Shown here piece after piece: positions 41,944 through 50,278 of a stretch of 64,000 nt of DNA. The DNA is from a virus: the IMG/VR virus record IMGVR_UViG_3300045988_108496, positions 1-64,000 of that record, one strand, 5' to 3'. How positions within the stretch are numbered: the stretch's first letter is position 1; every line of letters starts with the position of its first letter. The position numbers and the translations under genes are program-made. Below the pieces are notes generated by a model that saw nothing but the letters and a program-made list of their open reading frames with translations, was not told the DNA's origin and ran no database searches.

Positions 41944-41950
41944 AAAATAT

Positions 41951-42475
41951 ATGAAGAAACCTCATTATTATTACAAGGTGTCGGCTACGTCTAATGTAGG
42001 TAGCGACATTCAGAAGTTTATGAACCGCTGCCAGGAAGCCGAGCAGAAGGCTCTTGATTGGGCTAAAAAACATGGAGCAGAGCACTATTACGAGTCGCCT
42101 GAAGGCATGGCAGGTGGAGTAGGAGCCGTGGAGTTTGCCGACACCACCGGACGTGACGGTTGGGATAAGGAAGTGTCGCCCGATGGTCGTGTGTTCTTCT
42201 TCCCCATCGAAGGCACCGACTTGGAAAAAGAGATGAATGCCCTGCCAGTCGTGAGTGAGGCAGAGCTGTTTTGCATACTAAACCTTCAGCCGAAGCGCAC
42301 GAAAGACAACCTGCCTTTGCCCATGACGTTTGGAAATAGCACGCCCATCGTGTTCCTGCATCAAGGCTACTGGTATGCCGACGTTCCGTATGTAAGTGCC
42401 GACATTACACTTACCCAGATAGAGGAAAAAGAGTTTTATCGTCGCAAGATGGCAGCGATAAACGAACGAAAATAA
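41951..42475 (+). CDS. hypothetical protein
   Basis: ATG 41951 (MKKPHYYYKV...) inside track ORF 41927..42475, which has a TTG start. Confidence 0.5.
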   Translation: MKKPHYYYKVSATSNVGSDIQKFMNRCQEAEQKALDWAKKHGAEHYYESPEGMAGGVGAVEFADTTGRDGWDKEVSPDGRVFFFPIEGTDLEKEMNALPVVSEAELFCILNLQPKRTKDNLPLPMTFGNSTPIVFLHQGYWYADVPYVSADITLTQIEEKEFYRRKMAAINERK

Positions 42476-42532
42476 ATAGTAAGTAGTAGATAATAAGTGG
42501 TTAATAATTAGTTTTTAGTTTAGATTTTTTGT

Positions 42533-42568
42533 GCGTTACCCGTCCGTGAGGATAGGTAACGCTTTTTT
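42533..42568 (+). terminator. rho-independent terminator with GTGA-capped apex
   Basis: GCGTTACC-CGTCCGTGAGGATA-GGTAACGC followed by T6. Confidence 0.7.
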
Positions 42569-42569
42569 G

Positions 42570-43256
42570 TCAGTCTTGTGTAGGACGGTCGGCAACCATA
42601 TAACCATCATCCATGCTCATATTTTTGTAGCTTTTTGCTTCGTTGAGCATACGAGTGAGATTAGCGATTTGCTTTTGTTGTTCTGCAATCACATCGAGCA
42701 GACGTGCGCGTTCCTCGCTATGACGCTCTTCGCTCTTCATGCGTTTAGCTTCGAGGTCGAGCAGTGCTTTCATATTTTGGTCGCTAACATTGCCTACTAC
42801 GATCATCTCTCCTTGCCCCGTATCGTGCGTCTGGACACATATAGAGGAGGGATTGTCCGTACCGCTGCACTCTTTTTTATCAGAATCAACAATTCCTGGT
42901 ACGACGGACGGAATTAGCTGCACGTCTAACGGGTCGAGAAGCGCACGACTGCCAGCTTTACGCTCTGTAACATAGCCGCCGTCAGGAGCGAATATGTCAC
43001 CTTCTTGTGGTTGTACGTACATTGAGTTTCCCGTTGGGTCGCTATCTTTGTCGTAAAAGAAAGCTGAGATAGGCACTTGAAAGGTGTTACAGAAGCGTAG
43101 AATGCTTGATACTGGCATGGGACATCTGCCTTGCTCCCATAGACGCAGACTGTTGTTAGATGTTGATCCGATGGCTTGCAGGATGGTGTTGATGTTTATC
43201 CTGCCGTTGGCCTCCATCCATCTGTTGAGAAACGAATAATTGTATTGGTACTTCAT
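42570..43256 (-). CDS. XRE-like HTH protein with C-terminal coiled coil (repressor candidate)
   Basis: ATG at 43254-43256; the track start at 43280 is GTG. NINTILQAIGSTSNNSLRLWEQGRCPMPVSSILRFCNTFQVPISAFF. Divergent from the gene at 43386. Confidence 0.55.
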   Translation of the reverse strand: MKYQYNYSFLNRWMEANGRININTILQAIGSTSNNSLRLWEQGRCPMPVSSILRFCNTFQVPISAFFYDKDSDPTGNSMYVQPQEGDIFAPDGGYVTERKAGSRALLDPLDVQLIPSVVPGIVDSDKKECSGTDNPSSICVQTHDTGQGEMIVVGNVSDQNMKALLDLEAKRMKSEERHSEERARLLDVIAEQQKQIANLTRMLNEAKSYKNMSMDDGYMVADRPTQD

Positions 43257-43328
43257 AACTGAATTATTTAAAAATGACACTTAAATCGTTAAAAAAGATA
43301 AATACTGAAAAATAAAAGTAGCTAAGCT

Positions 43329-43359
43329 ATTGTTATTTATATTTTAATTCTTAAATTTG
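43329..43359 (+). promoter_or_regulatory. promoter (ATTG-N19-TAAATTTG) for the rightward operon starting at 43386
   Basis: -7 TAAATTTG at 43352-43359. Imperfect -33. Confidence 0.5.
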
Positions 43360-43362
43360 CAA

Positions 43363-43370
43363 CAAATATA
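43363..43370 (-). promoter_or_regulatory. possible leftward -7 box TATATTTG
   Basis: Plus strand CAAATATA. Overlaps the rightward promoter within the palindrome ATTTG-CAA-CAAAT. Confidence 0.3.
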
Positions 43371-43385
43371 ATGAATAACTGAAAA

Positions 43386-43880
43386 ATGACAAAGGAAAAT
43401 ATCGAGAAAATAACGACACCATTGCAATCTTTGAACGCTAAAGATATTTCAGTGGAAGAAAAGAAATCGTTGTCTGATTTTATGCAGTCAAAAGGCTTCT
43501 CCGTAGCCACTTTTTATCTGCGTTTCTTTAAGAACGGCTTTTCTGTTTGGGAAATCATCGGCATTAACGAATGTAAAAAACAATTTTTAGCTATTCCGGA
43601 AGTAGCCGAGCTATTATTGTCGTATGCCGGAGACGAAGAGCAAGGAGCCGATAAGGGCGACAAGGGGTATCTCTATACCTTAGCAAAGAGTGATAAGGTT
43701 GGCGCTTTCTACGAATGTCTGAGACGTGCCAATACTGGACTTTGTAAAAAGTTTTTCGACTTTATGAACGAGCGAGGTATGAGCACCGGCACAGTTATCA
43801 AGCGTTTTACCACTGACAACTGGAAAGAATGGGAGTCTAATGGTATTAAGAATTGTCTTTGTCAGTTTAACCTAAACTAA
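43386..43880 (+). CDS. hypothetical protein with two HTH-like repeats (Cro/antirepressor-position gene)
   Basis: GFSVATFYLRFFKNGFSVWEI and GMSTGTVIKRFTTDNWKEWE are an internal repeat. First gene of the rightward operon. Confidence 0.45.
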   Translation: MTKENIEKITTPLQSLNAKDISVEEKKSLSDFMQSKGFSVATFYLRFFKNGFSVWEIIGINECKKQFLAIPEVAELLLSYAGDEEQGADKGDKGYLYTLAKSDKVGAFYECLRRANTGLCKKFFDFMNERGMSTGTVIKRFTTDNWKEWESNGIKNCLCQFNLN

Positions 43881-43885
43881 ATAAA

Positions 43886-44551
43886 ATGATAGATGTTACT
43901 TTAGATTTTGAGACCTGTGCACTTGCACCTACAGCTGCCGTGATGAGTGTCGGGGCAGTAGTATGGAATCGCGATGGAGATAAATCACCTTTTTATGGTG
44001 GCAATAGTGCTGTTAAATATCCTACATTCTCGGCTCATGTAGACCTTCGGGGAATGTTCATCGAGGGTTTTACTTTCGATGAAGAGACAGCCGAGTGGTG
44101 GAAGCAGAAGAGCGAAGGAGCAAAAGCTGCAGTTCTTGATAGTGATGATGACGCTACACCATGTTCGCCTATACAGACTGTTGTGCGTAACTTTTTTGGA
44201 TGGGTTAAAGAAATCAAAGAAGCGTTGCACAATCAGGACTTGTGTCTTTGGGCTCAAGGTTCAGATTTTGACATTGCTATCTTGCGTAATATCTGCTATA
44301 AGTTGGGCATAGAAGTTCCCGTGCATTACACCAACTTCCGCGACCATCGCACGTTTATCTACGAGGCGGCTCGCTTGATATGTAATGCCCGTGGAGAGTT
44401 CTATCATCCGAGTAAGGCATACGACCTTATTGAGGATTATAAGGACATTGATAAAGGCGCGGAACACGACCCTGTATTTGACTGCAAGCGCAGCATCTAT
44501 TCCACATGGCAGATGATGCGAAAGTTGGCTTGTTTGAAATATATTGAATAG
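43886..44551 (+). CDS. DEDD-type 3'-5' exonuclease
   Basis: Exo I DVTLDFETC, Exo II WAQGSDFDIAIL, Exo III EHDPVFDCKRS (DEDDh pattern). Confidence 0.7.
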   Translation: MIDVTLDFETCALAPTAAVMSVGAVVWNRDGDKSPFYGGNSAVKYPTFSAHVDLRGMFIEGFTFDEETAEWWKQKSEGAKAAVLDSDDDATPCSPIQTVVRNFFGWVKEIKEALHNQDLCLWAQGSDFDIAILRNICYKLGIEVPVHYTNFRDHRTFIYEAARLICNARGEFYHPSKAYDLIEDYKDIDKGAEHDPVFDCKRSIYSTWQMMRKLACLKYIE

Positions 44552-44553
44552 AA

Positions 44554-44970
44554 ATGCCTAACCATGAGTATCTGAATTGCCCTTACATCCCTAATCGCCG
44601 GAACAAAAGGCAAGGACGGCCTACGCATCGGGAATATCTACACCGCATAGCCTATACGGAGACCGTGCGCGACTATGACAGCGACAACAAAGTACTGCTT
44701 TTCCATGCTCCATTCGCCTTAGTGAAGGATGTGTGTCAGAAGTTGTTCACGATGATGCAGGGCAATGTAGGGAATATAATAGTAAGAAACGAGCATTCCT
44801 GCCGAGTGAAAAACGGCAAGTGTTATTGGCGTGTGGCTGTGGAGATAATAGATCTTAATGAAAGCGTCATTTCGTTTAAGGAGTTCGTGCTGATGCTGAT
44901 TAACTGCATGAAGAACTTGGCTAACTGCACCATCCGACACTTCCGCACGGAAACGTTTCTGAACTTATAG
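44554..44970 (+). CDS. hypothetical protein
   Basis: 138-aa track ORF. Confidence 0.45.
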   Translation: MPNHEYLNCPYIPNRRNKRQGRPTHREYLHRIAYTETVRDYDSDNKVLLFHAPFALVKDVCQKLFTMMQGNVGNIIVRNEHSCRVKNGKCYWRVAVEIIDLNESVISFKEFVLMLINCMKNLANCTIRHFRTETFLNL

Positions 44971-45141
44971 TAAAAACAAATGTAAAAACAGAAAGAATAA
45001 AGGACAGCATGGAGAATGAGGTAGCGGCAACGCCCTCCTATAAGTAAGTTTTATCAGGGTGGACACAAGAGCCTCGGATTCTGGTAATACCGAAAAGTTT
45101 GGCATTTCATCGCTGTCCTTTCTTTAATAATAACAGCAATC

Positions 45142-48100
45142 ATGTTCTTTCATCCTATCATAAATCGTCTTGCCAACATCGACCTGCACCTTCTCGTGAA
45201 GCCCGCCAACGAGCAGCGCATCGAAGGTCAGACCGCATGTTTCTGCCCTATCTGCCAAAAGGGGCAGGACGCGGATGTCGATGCCAAGCAGACACCCCAC
45301 TTCATTATTTATGAAAATGAGCGAGGTGGGCTTTATTCGGGCGTGGGTGTTGACGACAACCGAATGGCAGAGCATGGTGCCGTGAAGTGGAAATGCACCC
45401 GCACGGGTAAGACCGGCTACGGAGCCATCGAGTTGTACGCAGCCAAGATGAACCTTCCGCTGCACGGATATAGTCTTCAGCGCATCTGCCAAAGACTTGT
45501 AAGGGATGTGTATGGCGATACCGACGAGGTGCGGCGTGCCTTCCCAGAGGTGTTTGCCAAGATGGACTACCGTACTCAGGCACAGCAGACCATCGAGACA
45601 TTCTCTTTCATGCCGAAGACCGACTTCTCGCCACAAGAGCTTGCAGCCCTTGGGTGTGAGGTGACGCTCGACAAAGGATTGCCTCGCTTCGGCTTTGGCA
45701 GTACGTTTACGCCCGACATGCTCAACAAGGACTTCCGCATCTACTCTCTGTTGAGTGTCACGCTGCCCGACGTAATACGCGACGGTCAGCATGTGAGCGA
45801 GATTATCCACGGTACGCCGTGGAATCCGCTGTTCGTATGCTTCGCCTCACAGGAGATAGGTCCGCAGAACTCTTACGGATGTTTCTTCCGTCCAGCAATG
45901 GCTGGGAGCGAACCGATAGTGTTCTCTACCGCCGAGGAGCACAGCGTGAGGAAGGTGAGCAAGTGGCTCATGGGCGACAACGTGTTCGTCTATGCAATGG
46001 ATCAGCGCAAGAGCGACAACACCGCCGTACATGCAGCCATCCAGAAGTTCGAGCCGACGGAGAAGTTTACCGAAGAAAAAGAAATCTGGGTAGAACGTGA
46101 AGACAAGAATGGCGTGGGGAAAGGAACATTTAAGCAAGAGAAGAAGAAGATTCCTACCGCCGAGATAAAAGCTCGCAACATCGTCTTTTGTCGTACACCC
46201 GAAGACGCATTGAGTGTGTATTATGCCATGCGTTCCTTGCGCCTTGATAAGGCGGAAGACCAACACTTCCAAGACTTTTGTTGGTATCACGTGGCGTTCT
46301 CCATCGGACGGAGAAACTTCTGGTATATAGAGCGCGGCGAGTGGAAGCGGGAGAATATTGACTTTAGCGGTGTGCAATATCAGAAGATGAACCGCTTTGC
46401 CGAGCACGTCATTATTCTATACCCTAACGACATTGCCTCACAGCGCGACTGCGGAGCTATATGCACCAAGTTCAGCTCATTGTATTATGCAATGCTGCCA
46501 GAAGGTTTCCGATCGCGCTATTGCCGACGCTGGCAATGGCTATATGGCTGCTCTCCCCGAAGCGTGCGCGATTATCTGCTGACGTACACCATGAACGCGG
46601 AGGAGAACTTCCAGTTCGACCATGACCTTCGCCTTCCGCTCTATTCCCGATTGCGTGGAGCCAGGAACACGGAACCTTTCGAGATAGAATATCCGCGTGA
46701 CCCTCGAAGCGGAAAGCCAAAGCCACCTACCTGCAAGGTGTCGCCTACGCGATTGTGGCTCTTTATGACCGCTCACGGATATTATCGCATGATAGACCCC
46801 GAGAGCACCGACCTCGTAGGACAGTATATCCACCTGAATAAATGCTTTGTGGAATATATCGACGCAAAGAGTATTATCCAGGCAGCAAAGACAATGCTTT
46901 TGGAATATATAGAACAGACATGGCGGCATAGCGACAACGAGCGGCGTTTGATGTCCGACTGTGCCAATATGGTGGATAAGACCTTCACGGAGAAGTCTGC
47001 CGGAGGTTTGCAGAGTATGGTGATTAATTTTGCCGATGCCTTCGATGCAAAGACGGAGTACTTCTACTTCAACAATGTGGCACTGAAGATAACGCCCGAC
47101 AGCATCCGCACGGTGTCGTATGACGACATCAACTTCTTTATCCCCTCGCTTGCCAAGAAGCCGTATGACTTCACGATGCGGGTGTTCAAGACACCGTTCA
47201 CCATCACCGAGCGTCAGGAATACCGCGATCGACTTGAAGCGATAGACAAGAAGGAGAAAATGCAGAATGAGGACGGGTCGCCAGTGTTCACCTACGACGA
47301 GATAAAGCAGATGCGTGGCGACCTTATGGAATGGGCGCAGACATATCGTTGGGATGTCAACTGGCAAGGACAGCAAGAAAAAGACCTTTGGCCTATTCTG
47401 CGCATAGTGCGCGGCTTCTCAAACACCCTTTGGGAGCGAGAACGAGACGTACAGCGTAGTAAAGAAGAACTTACTGAGGACGAGCGAGCTGTAATGAACG
47501 CCCATTTTGCCAATATGCTTTCGGGCATAGGCAGGCTTTGTTATCGTTCATGGGAAGGGATGCAGAACGTCTGTCCTTATCTTCTTGAGGATAATATCGC
47601 CGACGAGAAGCAAGCCTCTGGTGGTAGCGGTAAGTCGGTATTGGTAAACCTCGTGGTTGGTTCGGCTGTCAATGTGTTCAGTGTGGATATGAAAGACTTC
47701 CTTACCATTGTCGATGCAAAGTTCTGTCTTTCCGACTTGCTCACATATCCTGGCAAATATCGTGTAGTACACTGGGAGGACAAGCAGAAGAGCTTTCCGC
47801 TCAAATACTTCTACAACAAGATAACCAAAGGTACGAAGGTTGAAAAGAAATTTGGCGACCCCGTCAGTCTGAAGATGGAAGACTCACCGATGCACGTCAT
47901 AACAAGCAACAGTCCGTTGAGCGACGACGACCCCTCTACTATAGGTCGTTTTCCACTGGTTAGTTTCTCCGACCGTTTTGCTCGCGAGAATCCTCAAAAG
48001 CGACAGCCGGCACGATCACCATCCGACATTATGAAGCGTTTTGATACCGACCCCGCCAAATTGACCGATACCGACCGCAATCAGACCATATACCTTTGCG

Positions 48101-48810
48101 CCTTGGCAGTGCAGTTCTTGATGCACTACCACACCTTTGCCATTGCACCGCAAGGCAATGTGCGTCGCCGCCAGATGGTGCAGAAGCTCACCGAGAGCAT
48201 TGTCCGCTACTTCGAGTGGTTCTTCTCTCGCAATGAGGTCTACGGTGTGCCGATATGTACGGACGATATGTTCAACGAGTTTATGCGCGATTGGGCTGAT
48301 GCTTCCGAGGGTAAGAGCAAGGAGTATAGCCGTGCTACCTTCAAGAAGAAGATATACGACTATTGCGAAAACATGTCGATAGCGTGCAATCCTAAGCATC
48401 TCTTCGAGAACGAGAGTGACAAGCAGCGCAAATGCTTTAAGCTCCAGGCATGGGTTACGCAGGAATACTTTACCGGTCGTGAGTGGGAGAATGACAATAC
48501 CATCGAGCCGAAGTTTATCCGCTATATGCAGACCTCCAAGCATGTGTTCTTCTTCTTCCGTCCTGGCAAGGATGCGATACCGAAGGACTACCGCGAGCTA
48601 AAGCGCATAGCAAAGCAATATGCCGAGCAGCCCGACCCGCTGCCATACCGCGACGATGACGGCAATATCGTTCAACTCACTGATGAAGAGAAGGAACGTT
48701 GGGAGAACAACAAGACACGCAAGCAGGGTAGGCGTATGACTCCATCTGTGGCAGCTACGACAGCTACGGCTGTTGTGCCGGATGTAAATGAGGAGAATAT
48801 GCCGTTCTGA
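45142..48810 (+). CDS. primase-helicase-type replication protein (P-loop NTPase)
   Basis: 1222 aa. N-terminal Zn-finger-like CFCPICQ...KWKC...GYGAIELY. Walker A ASGGSGKSVL at about aa 825. Acidic C-terminus ending EENMPF. Confidence 0.6.
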   Translation: MFFHPIINRLANIDLHLLVKPANEQRIEGQTACFCPICQKGQDADVDAKQTPHFIIYENERGGLYSGVGVDDNRMAEHGAVKWKCTRTGKTGYGAIELYAAKMNLPLHGYSLQRICQRLVRDVYGDTDEVRRAFPEVFAKMDYRTQAQQTIETFSFMPKTDFSPQELAALGCEVTLDKGLPRFGFGSTFTPDMLNKDFRIYSLLSVTLPDVIRDGQHVSEIIHGTPWNPLFVCFASQEIGPQNSYGCFFRPAMAGSEPIVFSTAEEHSVRKVSKWLMGDNVFVYAMDQRKSDNTAVHAAIQKFEPTEKFTEEKEIWVEREDKNGVGKGTFKQEKKKIPTAEIKARNIVFCRTPEDALSVYYAMRSLRLDKAEDQHFQDFCWYHVAFSIGRRNFWYIERGEWKRENIDFSGVQYQKMNRFAEHVIILYPNDIASQRDCGAICTKFSSLYYAMLPEGFRSRYCRRWQWLYGCSPRSVRDYLLTYTMNAEENFQFDHDLRLPLYSRLRGARNTEPFEIEYPRDPRSGKPKPPTCKVSPTRLWLFMTAHGYYRMIDPESTDLVGQYIHLNKCFVEYIDAKSIIQAAKTMLLEYIEQTWRHSDNERRLMSDCANMVDKTFTEKSAGGLQSMVINFADAFDAKTEYFYFNNVALKITPDSIRTVSYDDINFFIPSLAKKPYDFTMRVFKTPFTITERQEYRDRLEAIDKKEKMQNEDGSPVFTYDEIKQMRGDLMEWAQTYRWDVNWQGQQEKDLWPILRIVRGFSNTLWERERDVQRSKEELTEDERAVMNAHFANMLSGIGRLCYRSWEGMQNVCPYLLEDNIADEKQASGGSGKSVLVNLVVGSAVNVFSVDMKDFLTIVDAKFCLSDLLTYPGKYRVVHWEDKQKSFPLKYFYNKITKGTKVEKKFGDPVSLKMEDSPMHVITSNSPLSDDDPSTIGRFPLVSFSDRFARENPQKRQPARSPSDIMKRFDTDPAKLTDTDRNQTIYLCALAVQFLMHYHTFAIAPQGNVRRRQMVQKLTESIVRYFEWFFSRNEVYGVPICTDDMFNEFMRDWADASEGKSKEYSRATFKKKIYDYCENMSIACNPKHLFENESDKQRKCFKLQAWVTQEYFTGREWENDNTIEPKFIRYMQTSKHVFFFFRPGKDAIPKDYRELKRIAKQYAEQPDPLPYRDDDGNIVQLTDEEKERWENNKTRKQGRRMTPSVAATTATAVVPDVNEENMPF

Positions 48811-48906
48811 TGAATCCACTGAAAAGATTTTTGGGTTCTTGGTAGTAAAACCTATAGGTTCTTATATAGAGAATATAGATGTAGAATTTTAAACAAAATA
48901 TAGAGT

Positions 48907-49335
48907 ATGAAATTATACCGTTACATGTCTTCTTTTGAGATAGCTAAGTTGTTTCATCGAGAGATATTGAAAAATACTACTGACCACAGCAAACTTCGTG
49001 GTACAGCAAGTACGGCAAAAGGATTCTGTTTTGGAATTGGTGACATGGAACAGGCTAAAAAGGATCTTAGACGACTGAAGGGAATCGTCACTTCTGATGC
49101 CCTGTTTGTGTTCACACCTAAAAACATTGATAAGTTTACACAATGTAAAGGTCGCTATATAGATTATGATAAGATTGATGCTGAAGGGAAATCTATCACA
49201 GACTATCCCATAGGAAAAGAACCCCACAAGTACTTCGATGAATATTGCGCCGAGAGTTATTCTGTTGACGACATTGAAAAAATAGAGTGTTTTGAAGTGG
49301 TACGCCGTTCTTTTCCTAAAGCAAAATTCAAATAA
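48907..49335 (+). CDS. hypothetical protein
   Basis: 142-aa track ORF. Confidence 0.45.
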   Translation: MKLYRYMSSFEIAKLFHREILKNTTDHSKLRGTASTAKGFCFGIGDMEQAKKDLRRLKGIVTSDALFVFTPKNIDKFTQCKGRYIDYDKIDAEGKSITDYPIGKEPHKYFDEYCAESYSVDDIEKIECFEVVRRSFPKAKFK

Positions 49336-49346
49336 AATAATACGCT

Positions 49347-49580
49347 ATGCGAACATTCACCCCCCCCAAGTGCGAAAACTGCATCTCTTACGACCATATA
49401 AAATGCGGTTGCAGAGAAAAAAGCTCACCTCTGTTCGGCGGCAATATCAGTCCGTTTCACCTTGCTTGCTGCAACTTTATAAGCGTGTCAAAGGTATATG
49501 CACCAAAGAACCGCATAAAGAAGTGGTATAAGGTACGCACGATGGACGACATGAGCGACAGCAGAGCGAGACTATATTAA
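49347..49580 (+). CDS. small Cys-rich protein
   Basis: 77 aa. CENC...KCGC...ACC. C8 tract at codons 5-7. Confidence 0.4.
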   Translation: MRTFTPPKCENCISYDHIKCGCREKSSPLFGGNISPFHLACCNFISVSKVYAPKNRIKKWYKVRTMDDMSDSRARLY

Positions 49581-49618
49581 ACAGAAAACAGTAAACAAAT
49601 AAAAACAACAAAAACAAA

Positions 49619-50224
49619 ATGGCAAGTTACAACGGCAACATCGACCTGCTCTCCTTAAATGGAGCGCAGGTGTTCAAGGGTATCGACTCGAAAAACCCTG
49701 AGCGTGTATATGTCTGCATTCCGGCAGGCTTGAACGAAATTAAAGTGGAGCAGGCTCCTAAAGACCCTACTCGCACATTGGCTAAGTTGCGTGTAAACAT
49801 CTGGCCACTCAACGAGCAGTACAAGGCTAAGGTGCGCCAGGCTGCTTTGGAGCGTGGCGACAGCAACGTGACCGTACCGACACACGAAATGCAGATGTCG
49901 TTTTCGGTTGACTATATCAAGGACATTGTACGGAAGTTTCCGAAGCTCGTAGAGCAAGTGAAGGAAGCCAACAAAGAACGCGACCCCGAGATTGTAAACC
50001 AAGACCCCACCGACGAGAATACTCACCTCTTCAAGGCTATCCGCCAGCGAATGAATAAGCGACTGGCTATGCTCTACCAGCCACAGACAACACAGCAACC
50101 TTCACCATACGCCACACCGAATGTAGGCGTAGCAGGAGCAGCTACCGGATATGTGGCGCCAGCCGAGAATACTGACCCACTCGCAGGCTATACCGATGCC
50201 GACGTAGGCGATCTGCCGTTCTAA
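49619..50224 (+). CDS. SSB-like protein (acidic tail ending DLPF)
   Basis: 201 aa. Gln/Pro-rich linker, then TDADVGDLPF*, like the SSB C-terminal tip DDDIPF. Sits between the helicase and clamp genes. The fold is not recognised. Confidence 0.45.
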   Translation: MASYNGNIDLLSLNGAQVFKGIDSKNPERVYVCIPAGLNEIKVEQAPKDPTRTLAKLRVNIWPLNEQYKAKVRQAALERGDSNVTVPTHEMQMSFSVDYIKDIVRKFPKLVEQVKEANKERDPEIVNQDPTDENTHLFKAIRQRMNKRLAMLYQPQTTQQPSPYATPNVGVAGAATGYVAPAENTDPLAGYTDADVGDLPF

Positions 50225-50278
50225 TTCAAAATGCGCAACGCGCATAATTCAAAACTCAAATTTCAAAATTCAAAACTT
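50224..50278 (+). repeat. hairpin + heptad element (copy d)
   Basis: AATTCAAAA, then ATGCGC-AAC-GCGCAT, then AATTCAAAACTCAAATTTCAAAATTCAAAACTT, ending at ATG 50279. Confidence 0.7.

Noticed and set aside
45124-47376. Minus-strand ORFs 45124..45810, 45847..46407 and 46540..47376
   Set aside because: All are antisense to the 1222-aa primase-helicase ORF, which carries Walker A and Zn-finger-like motifs.
48907-49335. Possible ADP-ribosyltransferase (YR..S / STA / E-rich pattern in the 142-aa protein)
   Set aside because: The R-S-E spacing and a Q/ExE motif could not be convincingly aligned by eye, and the protein is short for the fold. Left as hypothetical.
50231-50278. 16-codon N-terminal extension of dnaN in the ORF track (MRNAHNSKLKFQNSKL)
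   Set aside because: The extension is a translation of the hairpin plus TCAAAAT-heptad element. The DnaN-like sequence begins at ATG 50279.
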